Shown piece by piece: positions 51,701 through 64,000 of a stretch of 64,000 nt of DNA. A program made the translations under genes and the position numbers. The stretch is taken from the NCBI RefSeq assembly GCF_009914755.1, contig NC_060933.1; one strand, 5' to 3'. Numbering within the stretch: the stretch's first letter is position 1; each line of letters begins with the position of its first letter. The notes beneath the pieces are model-generated. The model was not told the origin of the DNA and searched no databases. It saw only the letters and a program-made list of their open reading frames with translations. Source of the DNA: the human T2T-CHM13v2.0 reference genome, Homo sapiens.

Positions 51701-52779
51701 CAGGGGTGAAGGGCACCCCCATCCCGTCCCTGAACATCTCCCTACCCTTCCTAAGGAGGGCAGAGAGAGGTCTTCACTTTCCCGGCCATGCTGCTGTCAT
51801 GGTTGCTTAACTGCTCTTGCGTGGCACTGAAATTTGATTAAAACAAAGATCAGTAATGGGAATTCAGGGGACGTGTCAGAAAAAGAATGGTACCCCAAAG
51901 TGAGAGCAGGAGCCCCTCTGAAAGTAATGAGAAAGCTTTATCTTTGCATCCCTCATAGCACCACAGCCTGGCATCCTGCTCAATATGCTTGGGCCAGTTT
52001 GTGATTTTTCAGGAGGACTGGAAAAGTGCTAATGCTTTAGGAGGTGGCAGTGACAGAAAGCTGGAAGACTTCTCTGAAGAACAGGTGAGTCTTTAGCATG
52101 ACATGCTAGGGCGGAGGATTTGGAGTCTCAAGTTTCCGTCAAAGTGCCAGCTGTGTACTGAGTAGCTCTGTATCTCCCCAGGTGAATATAAGTTCCAGAA
52201 AGGCAACATCCCCGCCATTGTATTCCCAGGGCCGAGAAGAGTGCCAGGGACTCCATGGGCACATGGAAAATGTATATGTCCTCCATGCATGTGTCTGTTT
52301 CACAATAGCCATGATTTCTTTGGAGGAAATGATGCTGCAAATTCAGGAGGGAGGGGTTTTCTCTCAGAGTACTTTCAAAGAAAATAGGAACTGGGGGCCA
52401 CCAAAGACTTCTTATGCCACAAAAGTATTTGTGTTTTCTAAAAAACCTCTAAGGTTTTTGAGGAAAATAAATACATTTGGAATTGAGGGGCTTGTTTTTG
52501 TTTTATGCAAAAATAGATTAATTAAAACCCAGGAGTGTGTGTGTACACGTGGGTGTGAGCACTGTTTTTTGTTTGTCTTATGTGAAGTGTGTTCACTACT
52601 ACAGATAATCATAGTCAGGCTCATTTGACTGACTCCTAAAGACGAAAACCCTAAGTCAGAACCAATCACGTTCATATATACCACGACCCACAAGCCTGAA
52701 ATCACAACACCAACCTTGGGAGTGATTGGGTGGGTTACAAAAATTATTCTCCAGTCTCTTCCTTCCACTAATTTCTTAG

Positions 52780-53162
52780 CAGCTTCTATGTTCTTAGGGG
52801 CAATGTGGATATGTGACTTCTGACACATGGGTATGGTCGTACTGGGGCCATGTGATTAGTTGAAGCCAACAGACCATGAGTGGTGTTGGTCACTTTTGGG
52901 TCAAGTCAGTTAAAAGTCTTTGTGTGTATCTTCCCTCCCTCTCTTCCGGTACTTCAGCATCCCATGAGGCCACGTCTTTCAAATGGTGCTGCTAGAAGAC
53001 CACAGAGCCTCTTTCAACCTGAGTCCCTGAGCATGATGTGGGGCCTCTTGCTAACCAGTCTTGGATGTAAAACATGAGCAACTCAATTTTTGTCACGATA
53101 AATACTGAGATTTCAAGATTAATTTGTTATCACAGCATGGCCCAGCACATCTGATTAATGCA
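52780..53162 (+). mobile_element. Old MaLR LTR (MLT1I/J-like)
   Basis: CCTGAGTCCCTGAG...CATGAGCAA...CTGAGATTTC...TTTGTTATCACAGCATGGCCCAGC...CTGATTAATGCA. Confidence 0.6.
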
Positions 53163-53179
53163 CCCTTAATAGTCTGGCC

Positions 53180-53895
53180 AAGCTATCAAACAAACAAAGG
53201 CTCTCCTTCCCAAATGTCTTTTGCATCTATTCCCCTTCATTTCAATGGCCAAGATTCCTGTTTGGACCCCAACTTCTCAGTGGTATGATTACGCTAACAT
53301 TCCATCAGCCATCCTGCTCTATTTCTTCCCCCATGTAGAAATGTCATTTTCCGATTCCACACCCTCAAGCATGGCTTAATATCATGTCACTCCCTTGCTT
53401 AAACTGGCTCTCAATAGGCTGCAAAATAAAATGTAAACACTGAAGCCAACCCCACAAAACCCTCCGTGATGAAAACTGAACGCTGTCTTTCCACCTTCTT
53501 TTCTTAAATTCCTGAATTAAATGACTCCCTGTCCATGATCCCTCACTGCACATTGTCACCCCTCTCCATTGCCACTTACTCCTCCCAGAAGGCTCGACCC
53601 TTCTCATCCCACAACCCAGCTGTTCCTGATGTCAAAGGCTCCAGGGCCAAGTTCTCCATGACAAGTTTTCTCTTTGTAGCCCCACCATGTAGATGAGATC
53701 TTGCCCTTATGTGAAGTCCCACAGCCCTCATCCTTTCCTGTGTCAATTAACCCCTTACACAGAGCAGTTTTTTGGTGTGTTTCACTGAGCAGTTCTAGGA
53801 CATCTTTAACTGCACCACTCTCACCACTTTCATAGGAGCTAGCCCAGTGCCATACGTAGTAGCTCAATAAACTTCTGCTGAAAGAATATATGAAG
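53180..53895 (+). mobile_element. L2
   Basis: ATCATGTCACTCCCTTGCTTAAA...GCAAAATAAAATGTAAAC...CCCAGTGCCATACGTAGTAGCTCAATAAAC. Confidence 0.65.
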
Positions 53896-53984
53896 AATAA
53901 GCCAGTATCTCAGGGACCTAGCATGATTGAAGCTTACTATTTGATTGCCTGTATTAGCCTATTGCGTCTTTAAGCCTGCTATTT

Positions 53985-54182
53985 TGAGAATATGGTTTGG
54001 AAACCACTCCCAGGGTGTTTGTACAACTCTAGCTCTGGAAATTCTGATTCTATAGCTCTAGAGTGGGTCTCACGAATTCACATTTTAATACAAAGGTCTT
54101 TTTAAAAAAAAGACATTTTAAAGGTCTTTGAAGGAGATTCTGATGTGAGAGATCTGTAAGCCACATTTTGACAAACACTAGG
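53985..54182. mobile_element. MER5-like MITE
   Basis: AAATTCTGATTCTATAGCTCTAGAGTGGG...GGAGATTCTGATG...CCACATTTTGACAAACACT. Confidence 0.55.
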
Positions 54183-54631
54183 GTGCTGTGAGTATGTGAT
54201 TGTGAATGCTCTTAGTGTATGAGGGAAATGCATTGGTAGTTTGGGTCGCTGGTGAGCAATCCTTTCCAGAAATGGCAAGTACGTTTTATCTCACTTGTCA
54301 ACACCAACGCATTGGTAGGGGCGCTCCAGAGGACTGTTTTAAGGAGGTCTCTGGGGCCACATCTGGACTGCACAGGGAGAAGCCCTATGATGGATTGATG
54401 ATGTCTGCCATAGGAGAGGGGAATGTGGGGCCTGTGTGCCAGGTGTCTGCCGTCACTGCCAGCCCATTGGTCTGGAGACACAGGACCAATACTTGGAGAT
54501 GAACATCAAAGGATCATCTGAGTCCTAATCCAGCCTGCAACCTGACTTCAACTTCCTCAGGTAACTGTGGCAAGCACAAATAAGATCAAGATGTCCAGTA
54601 AAAGGCATTCCTTTAGAAGAAGCCACAAAGT

Positions 54632-55198
54632 TGTCATAGTGAACAATTGCTGTTTTCATCTGCAGCCTCCATCTTCCTCCTTCAATGGTACCTTGAGTTT
54701 CAGCAATTTACCCCTCTTCCATTCTCTTCTACTCTGGTTCCAAGTGGGCATGGGTGGGAATGACCACACCCCCAGTTCCAGGGGTGGGTCCTGATTGGCT
54801 GAACTCAAGCAGCTTATCCTATCTCCCCAGTGACAGGAGCAAAAGAGAGAGACGCCCAGGACTTGTAGGAGCTGCAGGAGGACCCTCTCCCTTCCGCATG
54901 AGGAGAGGCATGAGGGTGTGAACTCTGACCAGCTAGAGTGATTTTGTAACCACCAGATAAGAAACTGCAGCTGCTGAGGGGCCACTCTGAGCAGTCCAGG
55001 AATGAAGTCAACACCACAAAAGGCAGACGAGCGAGATGGTGAGAAACCAGGTCCTGGGGTATCCTTTGAGGCACTGGACCAAGTCTGACCTGAGGTCTGT
55101 CTGACTACTGGACTCTTCAGTTATGTGAATGAATACATTTTCTTCATTATCTAACTGGTTGTTTTAGTCATTTTCCATAACACAAGTCCTGACTAACA
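54632..55198 (+). mobile_element. MLT1K-like MaLR LTR
   Basis: CCAGGGGTGGGTCCTGATTGGCT...GAGAAACCAGGTCCTGG...TGGACTCTTCAGTTATGTGA...GTCCTGACTAAC. Confidence 0.65.
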
Positions 55199-58100
55199 GT
55201 TCTTTGAGGGGAAAATGGAGATTCAGGGGCCTTTGGTCTCAACATAAGCCAGAAACAACAGACTCAGACTCTAGGCCCAGCCCAGAGTCCATATGTGTCC
55301 TAACTATGGGCACGTGATGTAGCTTTGTGCCTCTGCTGCCATTACCCTAGTGTGAGACTTTCAGTTCGGGAGGAAAAGAAGCAGAAAAGAGTCAGTCCCA
55401 CAGGATGGTTGGCTCTGGGCTGCTAGCCTGGAGCTCTGCTTTCAGCATTTGGATCTCACTGAGGCACTGGGCAATGATGCCTGAGCTTTAATTAGTTACA
55501 CTGGTAAAGGTCTTTGAAGGTGAAAATCGCTGAACATCAGTATTTTGATTCTTTTGAACTTAGGAGCATGTTATTACACGTATAAAATAAAAAATCAATA
55601 GCCACTCAGTTATCTAGAGTAAAAGTGGCTGGTTCACATATCAGCATATAGATATACAATTACTTTCACGTGACTGACTTTATATTTATGTATTTTAACA
55701 GATCCTATGGTAGTGTTTTCATCATTAGAATATTTTATTAGTCACCTGTTTTTCTACAATCTCCACTAAAAAGGAAGAATTTATTTCTACCCAACCGTTT
55801 ACTTGTCAGTTTGTGGTTTATTCAAAATCACATTTGCAGAAAACACTCTGAATGAAAAACCACCCTGGAACTTAAGGACACAGGCCTCTGTTGGGGGTGA
55901 TTTCCTTCTTCTTCTTCTTCTCAACATTGGTTAACATTTTTCTTCTAGATTAAAGGTGAAATTGATGGGAATTAGACTGTCTGCAAGCTGGAAAAGCAAT
56001 CACTTAAATAATGACATTCAAATAGATCATTCAGTATCATGTAAATGTCAAGCGTGAGGTCATTTTTCAAAACAACACCTTTGTTCAACTGCGTCAAATG
56101 CATAGACACACGGTGACCAGCCTTGGTGGACAGAGCCCCTCCTTCTTTCTTGCTGTTGGTCCCTTGAGCAGCAGCACCCCTCATTCAGACATACTCTGCT
56201 CTGTGGTGTGTGTCCGTGTGAGAGTGAGCAAGAGAGAGAGAGAGAGAGATGTGGGGGGCAGACAGACAGAGATGGCAGGGGTGGAGTCAGCCCAAGAAAA
56301 AGTGCCTTCACCTCTTCTTCCTCTCAAAATGATACCATTAATTTCTTCAGTTTGAGAAAATCAAACTTTTGTTATGATTAAGAAAAAACAAAAAGTGAGC
56401 CTCAAACACAAAGCAACTTCCATTCCTGCTCTCAGAATTTGGTCTTTAGGTCTTTAAGCACCCTCTTCTCTTTTCCTCTTTCCACCAGAATCACGCTGTC
56501 TGGTTTCCTACCTTATGAAATATTATCGATCAGCTTGAAATGAAAGTGGGCTGCAAATTAATGTCTGCAACATTGTCTCCCATCAGATGGTTGGGGCTGG
56601 AAAGCCACAGCTTTTAGGATGTTAAATATTTATAGTTATCATTTCAACCAAAATATGAACTTGCACAAAGAAGAATATGATGCAGATTGCTTTGAAAAAG
56701 TTTGCCTCATTTTCATGTCATTGGAGAAACTTCAGAAAAATAGGGCCCGTATGGATGTACACCTTGAATGTAAGCTTTAAAATACTCCCAGAAGAAAATT
56801 GCAGCTAATGACGGAAAAGAACCAGCCCGTCTCCCAGAGGAGTGTTTGCCACATCCCTGAGAAATGAGTGGCTCATTTAGATTATCCAATTTTCCACTCT
56901 TAAATCTGGTGGACTTCAGCAGGCTCTCAACCCTACTCCCCAATCATGGGGGAAAAAATTGTTCATCAAATATTATTCTAAAAATCATTGGTATGGATAA
57001 TTATTACAGACAGCAATTGCTTTAGTTTTGTTATCATTATTGCTGGCATTTTAAATGCCTGAAGGCTAAATATCTGAGATTCATTGTTAACTATATATCT
57101 CTGAGCAACGACAGACTTGTGGCAGCTTGAAGATATTTTTGAACAAGGAATAATAGTACAGTAGAGATTGAAACTGAATCTCCTTTAGAATTCATGATCA
57201 CAAGGAAGTGGTATTGAATTTACCTCCCAAGTCTTGGAAAAGAGCACAAGATAACATTCTGTTTTCTTAGGAATCAAAATCAAATTCACAATGTAGTTTA
57301 TCTAAAAGTGAGCAGGTGACTTTAGGATCTCTGCTAAGGGACAACATATCAAGGATGTCCCTGAGACTTCACCTGGGTTCCAGGAGGAGCGGCACCATAA
57401 ATACTCACTCTACCAAGATAAGATGGTTTCTGCCAGAAAGCACCTTCAAAACCTCTGAGTCCAAGGTTAAATAATTACTTATTTCCACAATTTAATCTTA
57501 AAAAAAAAAGGATTTATGTTAGCTAAGATACAAATGTTATCATGAAATTAAATAACTCTTATATAAGTTTCAAAATAAGGGAAAATAAGATCAAGGAAGC
57601 AAGATGGAGTAAAGACGTAGTTTTAGTCCCTAAATGTCTGCCATTAGGAATTCAAGGTTGGACTACAGGTGGGTCATAAAGTTGGCTCTGAGCTTCCTAG
57701 CAGTCACTATAAAGAGAGAAACATGAAAGGTCATGAGATGTAGAGTTTGTAAAGTAAAAATAAGCCAGTTGTTCAGAGAAGCAACATAGCCATTCCTGAT
57801 GCCAAGACAATAAAATAGCTCTCCTGAGCATCCCTGGGAATAATAAATGCCATCTTCTGCAGCATCTTTGATCAGGGCAATGAGTTTCATAGTCTGTGTC
57901 TTATGAGATGATGAGACCAAGTTTTTGGTCAAGAACACACATGTGACTGGGCTTCCTAAGAAACTTTCAAATTCTATTTGTATGTTTGGGTAGTTGAATC
58001 AGACCTAGTCCTTCTGAGCATATTAGCCCATACACATTTACTCTTCCACAAAGCACACGTGCAGTTGAACAGATAGAACTTGACTGAGTTCTCCAATGAC

Positions 58101-58364
58101 AACACTTTGAATGTCAGGAATTTCTGTAGTATGGACACACACTGCCTTTCAAAGTATATCCTCTGCAGGAAAGGGCGTGAAGCCCTCACCAAGAAGGCCA
58201 TGTTTTTTGTGGAGACCCCGGTACCCCATTATTAATGGTTACCTTAATAAGGTAACATTGCCTGACTCTTATTATGATAAAATTATTTTGTCATCAGCCG
58301 TACCTCTAAGGTATTTTCCTTTTCCCGTCATGAAATGAAAGGGCTTTTCTAAGAATAAATGTGA

Positions 58365-58850
58365 TCATTGAAATGCACCTATTATTTGTCTGCCAGCACT
58401 TTCCTTCCCTCTTGGATATCAGGCTACCCCTTTGGGGAAGTTGTTCCTTTTTCTTTGTCCAATCATCCATTTGTGGTTGGGGTCTAAAATTATAGCACTC
58501 TAGTCTCTTGCTACAGTTGAGTGGTCTAGGGGTCACATATGATCCAAAGTGGGCCAATCAGATTTCTTTCTAGGGCTTTTCAAACTGGAGCTAGAGAAAG
58601 CATTTCAGGCCCTCCTTGGTGGTGAAGTTGTTCTATACAGTCCTGGGAGCCGTCAACAGCTGCATTCCCAGCTGGGTGAAGGCAGCCAGTCTGCAGAGGA
58701 GGAGGTGAAGTCAACACAGAGGGAGGCAGAGACAAAGGACACAAAAGTAGACCTGGCAGCATCATGTCCCCAGGTTTCAAGGTGTCTCTTAGACCTTTTA
58801 TAATCCTCCTATTGCCAATTGAAGTTGAGCTTCTGTCACTTGCAAAGAGA
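58365..58850 (+). mobile_element. MLT1K/L-like MaLR LTR
   Basis: GGGTCACATATGATCCAAAGTGGGCCAATCAGA...GAGCTTCTGTCACTTGCAA. Confidence 0.55.
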
Positions 58851-59493
58851 AGACTTTTTGCAAAGGGAAGACTTGTAAATGCTTCTACCGTTTCTCAAAA
58901 CTCTTTCACCAAAAGATCCCCAGGTTTGTGTAAACTCAAATAAGCAGACTAACCTGAGGCTCCCAGGAATATTTCATATACATTCCCCAAGGGGGCCTGC
59001 TTGGTTAGGTGATAGTCTGTGTTCACACAGCTTATTCTCAAGGAGTGCACAAATAATTAAATGAAGATCAGGGGCAGATTACAGGCTTGTGAACATCAGC
59101 TTGGGCCCCACACTCTCCCACTGCCAGCCCCGGACTGTCTAGCACAGCTTTACTGTGTCACACAACAGAATCACAGGGCTCCCTGACCTTGGAATATTTC
59201 TAGCAAGTGCTTAATCAGGGCTGTTTGGCAGCCCATATGATTTAGAGACAGTTATATCTGAACCAGCCGTCAAACTAATGTTTTCATAGTCATTGTAAAT
59301 TGGGACAGTCTCCCCTTAAGAATGGTATCTCTCCAACTTTGAGCTACAAAGTAAAAAAACGGGAGACCAGATTTTTGTGTTACACAATATGAGTTGTTTT
59401 GAATATGGAAATTCATGCTTCAGGAACCTAAACTGGAATCCTAGCAAACACATTTTAACTTGTGTAAATAGGGGTTAGTAACTATGAGCTGGA

Positions 59494-59619
59494 TTTTTTT
59501 TTTAAGAGGCAAGATCTCACTGTTGCCCAATCTAGTCTTGAACTCCTGGCCTCAAGCAATCCTCCTGCCTCAGCCTCTCAAAGTGCTAGAATTACAGGCA
59601 TGAGTCACCATGCCTAGTT
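59494..59619 (-). mobile_element. FLAM_C / Alu left monomer
   Basis: TCTTGAACTCCTGGCCTCAAGCAATCCTCCTGCCTCAGCCTCTCAAAGTGCTAGAATTACAGGCATGAG; single monomer with T tail. Confidence 0.85.
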
Positions 59620-60824
59620 AGGGAAAGCAGGATTTTTGTCAAAATCTACTACATTTAATTGATTCTAAAATGCTGTATAGAATGTGATTGACAGTGGATG
59701 GGGTATTGTAACTGGCAGGATTTTTTCCATCTCAGTGATACACAAAATGATAAAATATCCTATAAGCAATGGCATGTTTTCTTTGATTGCATTAAACAAG
59801 AAAGGCATATTTTAGTTATTGTGGTTTTTTCAAGGATGTATCACAGTTACTTCCTTTGCTGTCACCAAAACTTTGTGTTGTAGGACTACTTTGGGGAGGC
59901 TCAGGTGTGGGCCTAAAGTGCCCCAGCAGTTATTGGCGGAGCCCAGCTTAGAACTTGGTGTTCTAGAATTCCATACAGCATTCTGCACTTTGTATCAGAC
60001 TCCCAGCAGTTCCAGATCAGAGGCACACACAACCAGAGCTCCCCATCCAACCCCAAACATATTTGCTTTCACCATTTCCAGGCATTCCCAATAAAATTGG
60101 TGTTAAGGGAAGAGAGAGAAGGAATAATTGACAAAATAAAGGAACCATTCTCTGTACCCCAGAAATACTGCATATTTGGTAACAGTGTGGGGCATGTATA
60201 CATCCCCATCAGGTTCAAACCTCACTGTCCTCTTTCAGAGTCCTTTGTTGAACCCCAGGACAAGAAGTGAGATCGGTAAGTCTCAGCCTATGGTGCACAT
60301 AGCTACTTGCTCCACTCTCTTTCTTATTGATTCTGTATGCTTCATGCAGAACAGTCCAGAAAGCCACTACCAATCCCACACAGCCCGTGAGATGAAATAT
60401 TTTTGCATGAAACACTTCAGCATAGTCTGATCCCTCAACCCTTTATAATCTGGATGCAACCTCCACTTCCCACTTCATTGCCTGCCATTTCCTTATCCCA
60501 TGCCATAGTCAAATGGAACTACCGACTGTCTCCAGGTATATGCCTCATTTTCAGTCACCCTGTCCAAAAAACTCCTCCTCTTTGGCATGTTCACTTGTGC
60601 ATTCACAGCCCCACTAAACACACATTTTCTCCATCAGAAGTAAGCTGTTTGGGCTCTAAACTCCCATAGCATTCTCTCTGTTGTATTTATTTCGCATCAG
60701 ATGTGAATTTGTCCCACAATACTAGGCTGCAAATAACATTCTGCTTCAATCTTCTTTCCCCCAAACAAAACTCTACTAATGACCACTAAGGGATGCATCT
60801 CTGGACAGACAGGCCTTGGAAGAG

Positions 60825-61115
60825 GTGGCACTGGTACGACGGTTTGGGGCAAGGAGTCCGGCAGCCAGCACGACAAGCCTCAAATTCCACCTTGGCTACT
60901 TACCACCCATAAGACCCTGAGCAAGGGATCTGACTTATTTCTTACTGATGGTATTTTAAGTGGCAGGATCATCATCTCAATATCATCATCTATAAAAAAG
61001 GGAATGATAATGGGACCTGTGTGAGAGATTCACTAAAATAATCTACAAAAGGGACTTAGCACAGTGCCAGGCATGTGGTAAAGTTCCACAGATGACATTT
61101 ATTATTAGTATTATT
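60825..61115 (+). mobile_element. MIR
   Basis: CATCATCTATAAAAAAGGGAATGATAAT...CTTAGCACAGTGCCAGGCATGTGGTAA. Confidence 0.7.
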
Positions 61116-62834
61116 GTACTTTCCTTTAGCTCTATGTTCAGTCCTATGAGACTGTTAGGACTTAAATTATACCAAGGAAATAAGAAGTGGTCCATTTCCT
61201 TCATCTTTGGTGGTGGTCATCGTGGTCCCTCTACTGTAGGGTGCCACAGGGGAGCGGGAGCCCTCTGCCACGGGCTGGGCTCTGCTACAGGGGGCATATT
61301 CCAGAAGTGCATCCCACAGGACTCAGTGTAGCCACAGCCCACTCCCCACCCTGAGCTCCTGGAGCACAGGAGCCTAATCCACAACCCAGAAACACAGGGG
61401 TTGCCCTTTTAGAAGTCTTACCACCTGGCCCAGGAAGGAAAGCAAGGGAGGAGGGCAGAGTTTCTGACCCTTAGACCATCAATCCTACTTCCTCCCCTCT
61501 TGCCACCTCCCACACTCCCTGCCCAAGCCCTAGCCATGCTTTCCCCTCCTGGGCAAGCCCCACTTAAGTCCTTGATGGTCCTACGTGGGGATCACACCCT
61601 AGTTAAAAGACTTAGGGGTTGATGGGAGAAATTAGGTTCTCATCCTTTTGAGCCTCCTACAATAGCAAACATGAATATCTTGTTCGGTTATGCCGACGCA
61701 TGGGTGTGCCAGCTGGGATTAGTGTGCTTCTCTCTGCTACTAGATGGTAAGCTCCCTGTGGGCCATATCAGTGTCAGATTCACCCAGCTCTGCCTCTGTC
61801 TTGTGCACAGAGTCCTTATTCTGAGAATCTGCAGGAGAAAATATCTGGGGGTACTAGACATTCTATTTCCCCTTTCCCTGTGGCCTCTCCCCATCCCAAG
61901 CCACAGGGGACAAAATGCTGCCATTGCTTGCTCCCAGTGACTAGAGGCAAACTGGTTCCCTGTTCCTCCAGACCAATCTTAAATCCAAGGAACATCGCCT
62001 GCCATCAGTCCCCCGCCCCTTCCTCACCTCAACTTAATGAACAAATAAGGAAAGAAAATTAAAGCAAAAAAAATTAAACAGCTTCAGCTAAGATCAATAG
62101 AATTCTATAAAGCTCTGGGCTATGGTATTGAGTGAGCGCAGAGTAATCCCCTGCATATTGCATGTTAAGTTAACTTGTGAGAGAAATATGCTCTTTCTCA
62201 GCCTCGCACCTTCTCCTCCATGGTGAAGGAGGAAGCAGGGAACACAAATTAAAATAATGTTGATTTAGTTTTTAAAGGGAGTACCCAGGAGCATTTTCTG
62301 CATGGCCAACTGAAAACTCCAGCCCAGGCTGCAGAACGCCTCTCTCTGCACAATACAAAGAGAATATTTGATCCCCAGAGCTCAGCCTGCTGGTGGATTT
62401 TTATTTTGGTTTTGGTTTTTGTTTCTTTTATGCCTTCCTCTGGATCTCAAACTTTTAAATGCCGACTGGAAAATTCCTTTTTCAGCAAAAGGTCCTTGCT
62501 CCACTCCAGTGTGACTGTAGGGAATCATTAGTCCTAACACATAGCAGTGTGTGATCAGGGCACACCGCGCCAGGGAAGCAGGTGGGGAAGAACAGGCATG
62601 ATGTGGGTCCCTGTGTCTTGTCATTGGCTTGGCTTCTCCTAGGTGAGGGAGAACTCAGGGAACCAGGTCATCGGGTTTGCTCCTGGCAATTTAGCCACCT
62701 CTTCAGGTCCTGCAGACACTCGCCTAAATTCCAACCAGGGAGCAAGCATCAGAAACCATTCATGCCCACTCGATCAGTCCTTCTGAAAGACAGGCAGCCA
62801 AGAGGCAGCCGAGCCTGGTGCCAGGCAACCAGAG

Positions 62835-63055
62835 CTTGAAGCAGGGGTGGTGGATTCAAGCAGACCTGTGGCCAAATTCCAGCTCCACCATTTACAAGCT
62901 GCACAACTTTAACCAAGTTAGTTAACGTTTTAAGTCCCATTTTTAAAACAGCAATCATAATACCTCTCTTGCAGAACAGCACTGGGGATTAAATGAGATG
63001 TATCATGTGAAAAAAAATACCTGGCCTAGAGTAAATGCTCAGTAAATGTTGGCTT
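62835..63055 (+). mobile_element. MIR
   Basis: AATTCCAGCTCCACCATTTAC...GGATTAAATGAGATG...GTAAATGCTCAGTAAATGTTGGCT. Confidence 0.75.
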
Positions 63056-63224
63056 CCTTCTAAAGGGTTGACCCTGTGCACCTGGAAATGGGCAATGGCA
63101 CAGGGACTACACACCGAATTCTGAATTCATTTCCAAGTCTCCAGCACTGAACACATTAAACAAGAAAAGCTGAGTGATGAATTAATGAATGGCCAGAACC
63201 ATAGAGCTAATCCTTCATTGCTAT

Positions 63225-63765
63225 CTTGCAAATAGTTTTCTCACATTATAAAATGAATTCATGCTTGATGTAGAGTTCTTAAGAAGTATAGATAATCAAA
63301 GAGAAGGAAATACAAATCATCCAGAATCTTGGCAACAAGAAACAGCTGCCATTATGGTTTCGGTATATAGCCTTCTGGGTATTTGTCATCATGTCTACAG
63401 AGATATAAATATTTGTTAAAGCAAAATGGAACCATTCTGAAACACTTTTTACATCACCTGTTTTGCTTATTTAACAATGGACCAGGAACATCTCTCCATG
63501 CCATTCAATTTCCTTCTATATGAGTTTTTAAGTGCTGAAAATATGACATTGATTCAATATACAGTAATTTATGTAAAAGAACTCCTTCTTGGATATACAG
63601 GCTATTTTCAATGTGTTCCTTTTATGACTGACTCTATAGACAACTATCTATAGATGAACACTTTAGACTTCTATCTTTGCAAATGGGTCTGAATACACCC
63701 TAAAAACAAACCTCTACAAATGGAATTGCTTGGTCCAAGACTCTGGAAAAATTTAAGGCCCACCA
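63225..63765 (-). mobile_element. Old L1 (L1ME/MC-like) 3' fragment
   Basis: CAAAATGGAACCATTCTG...AACATCTCTCCATGCCATT...AATGGAATTGCTTGGTC. Confidence 0.55.
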
Positions 63766-64000
63766 GAAAGGGAGATGAAAATAATGACATTGTGCAAACA
63801 AACCTCACACACAATGCTCACAGGTACCCGACCACCCTTCCAGAATAAACAGAGCCCCAGTTCCAGCCCAGGCAGGATGTTCAGAACTAGGGATGACCTT
63901 AGGAGCGGCCAGGACTGGCCACCCCACTAGGGAAGGGGATGTAGTGAATAACAGGGCCAGAATTAGGCCAGGTGCCCTCACCTATGGCTATTTGACCCCA

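Noticed and set aside
57370-57730. Strong - strand acceptor (TTTCATGTTTCTCTCTTTATAG at ~57707)
   Set aside because: No good donor within typical exon distance; a terminal exon cannot be excluded but is unsupported
58840-58874. Short tandem duplications (TTGCAAAGRGAAGACTT x2; similar at 13320, 20330, 54090)
   Set aside because: Ordinary slippage duplications with no further structure

Overview
Primate (human-like) nuclear genomic DNA: it carries AluJ/S/Y, THE1D, MER41B and L1PB elements. The window looks intergenic or deep-intronic. I recognise no protein-coding gene, tRNA, rRNA or CRISPR array. The long ORFs in the track are L1 remnants, Alu- or VNTR-derived frames, or chance ORFs. The left end holds a full-length but dead L1PB-type LINE-1 (about 311-6840) with a recognisable target-site duplication (TSD), inserted into an L2. 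A solo MER41B LTR and a Gypsy-like LTR follow, then a dense background of MIR, L2, MaLR, hAT and Alu fossils. Unique blocks between the repeats look like developmental enhancers. Best leads: (1) the MER41B LTR with one intact and one mutated STAT1 GAS site; (2) a 7 x 31-bp minisatellite born from an L2, each unit made of two mini-palindromes plus YY1-like and E-box motifs; (3) a cryptic ~20/41-bp periodic array at 33.1 kb; (4) a head-to-head inverted Alu pair; (5) a cluster of palindromes at 58.2 kb; (6) a fold-back insertion in L1 ORF2; (7) four + strand exon-shaped segments that may belong to an unrecognised spliced transcript. Repeat family names come from recalled consensus sequences, not a RepeatMasker run, so subfamily calls and the boundaries of old repeats are approximate. 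I cannot identify the chromosomal locus.
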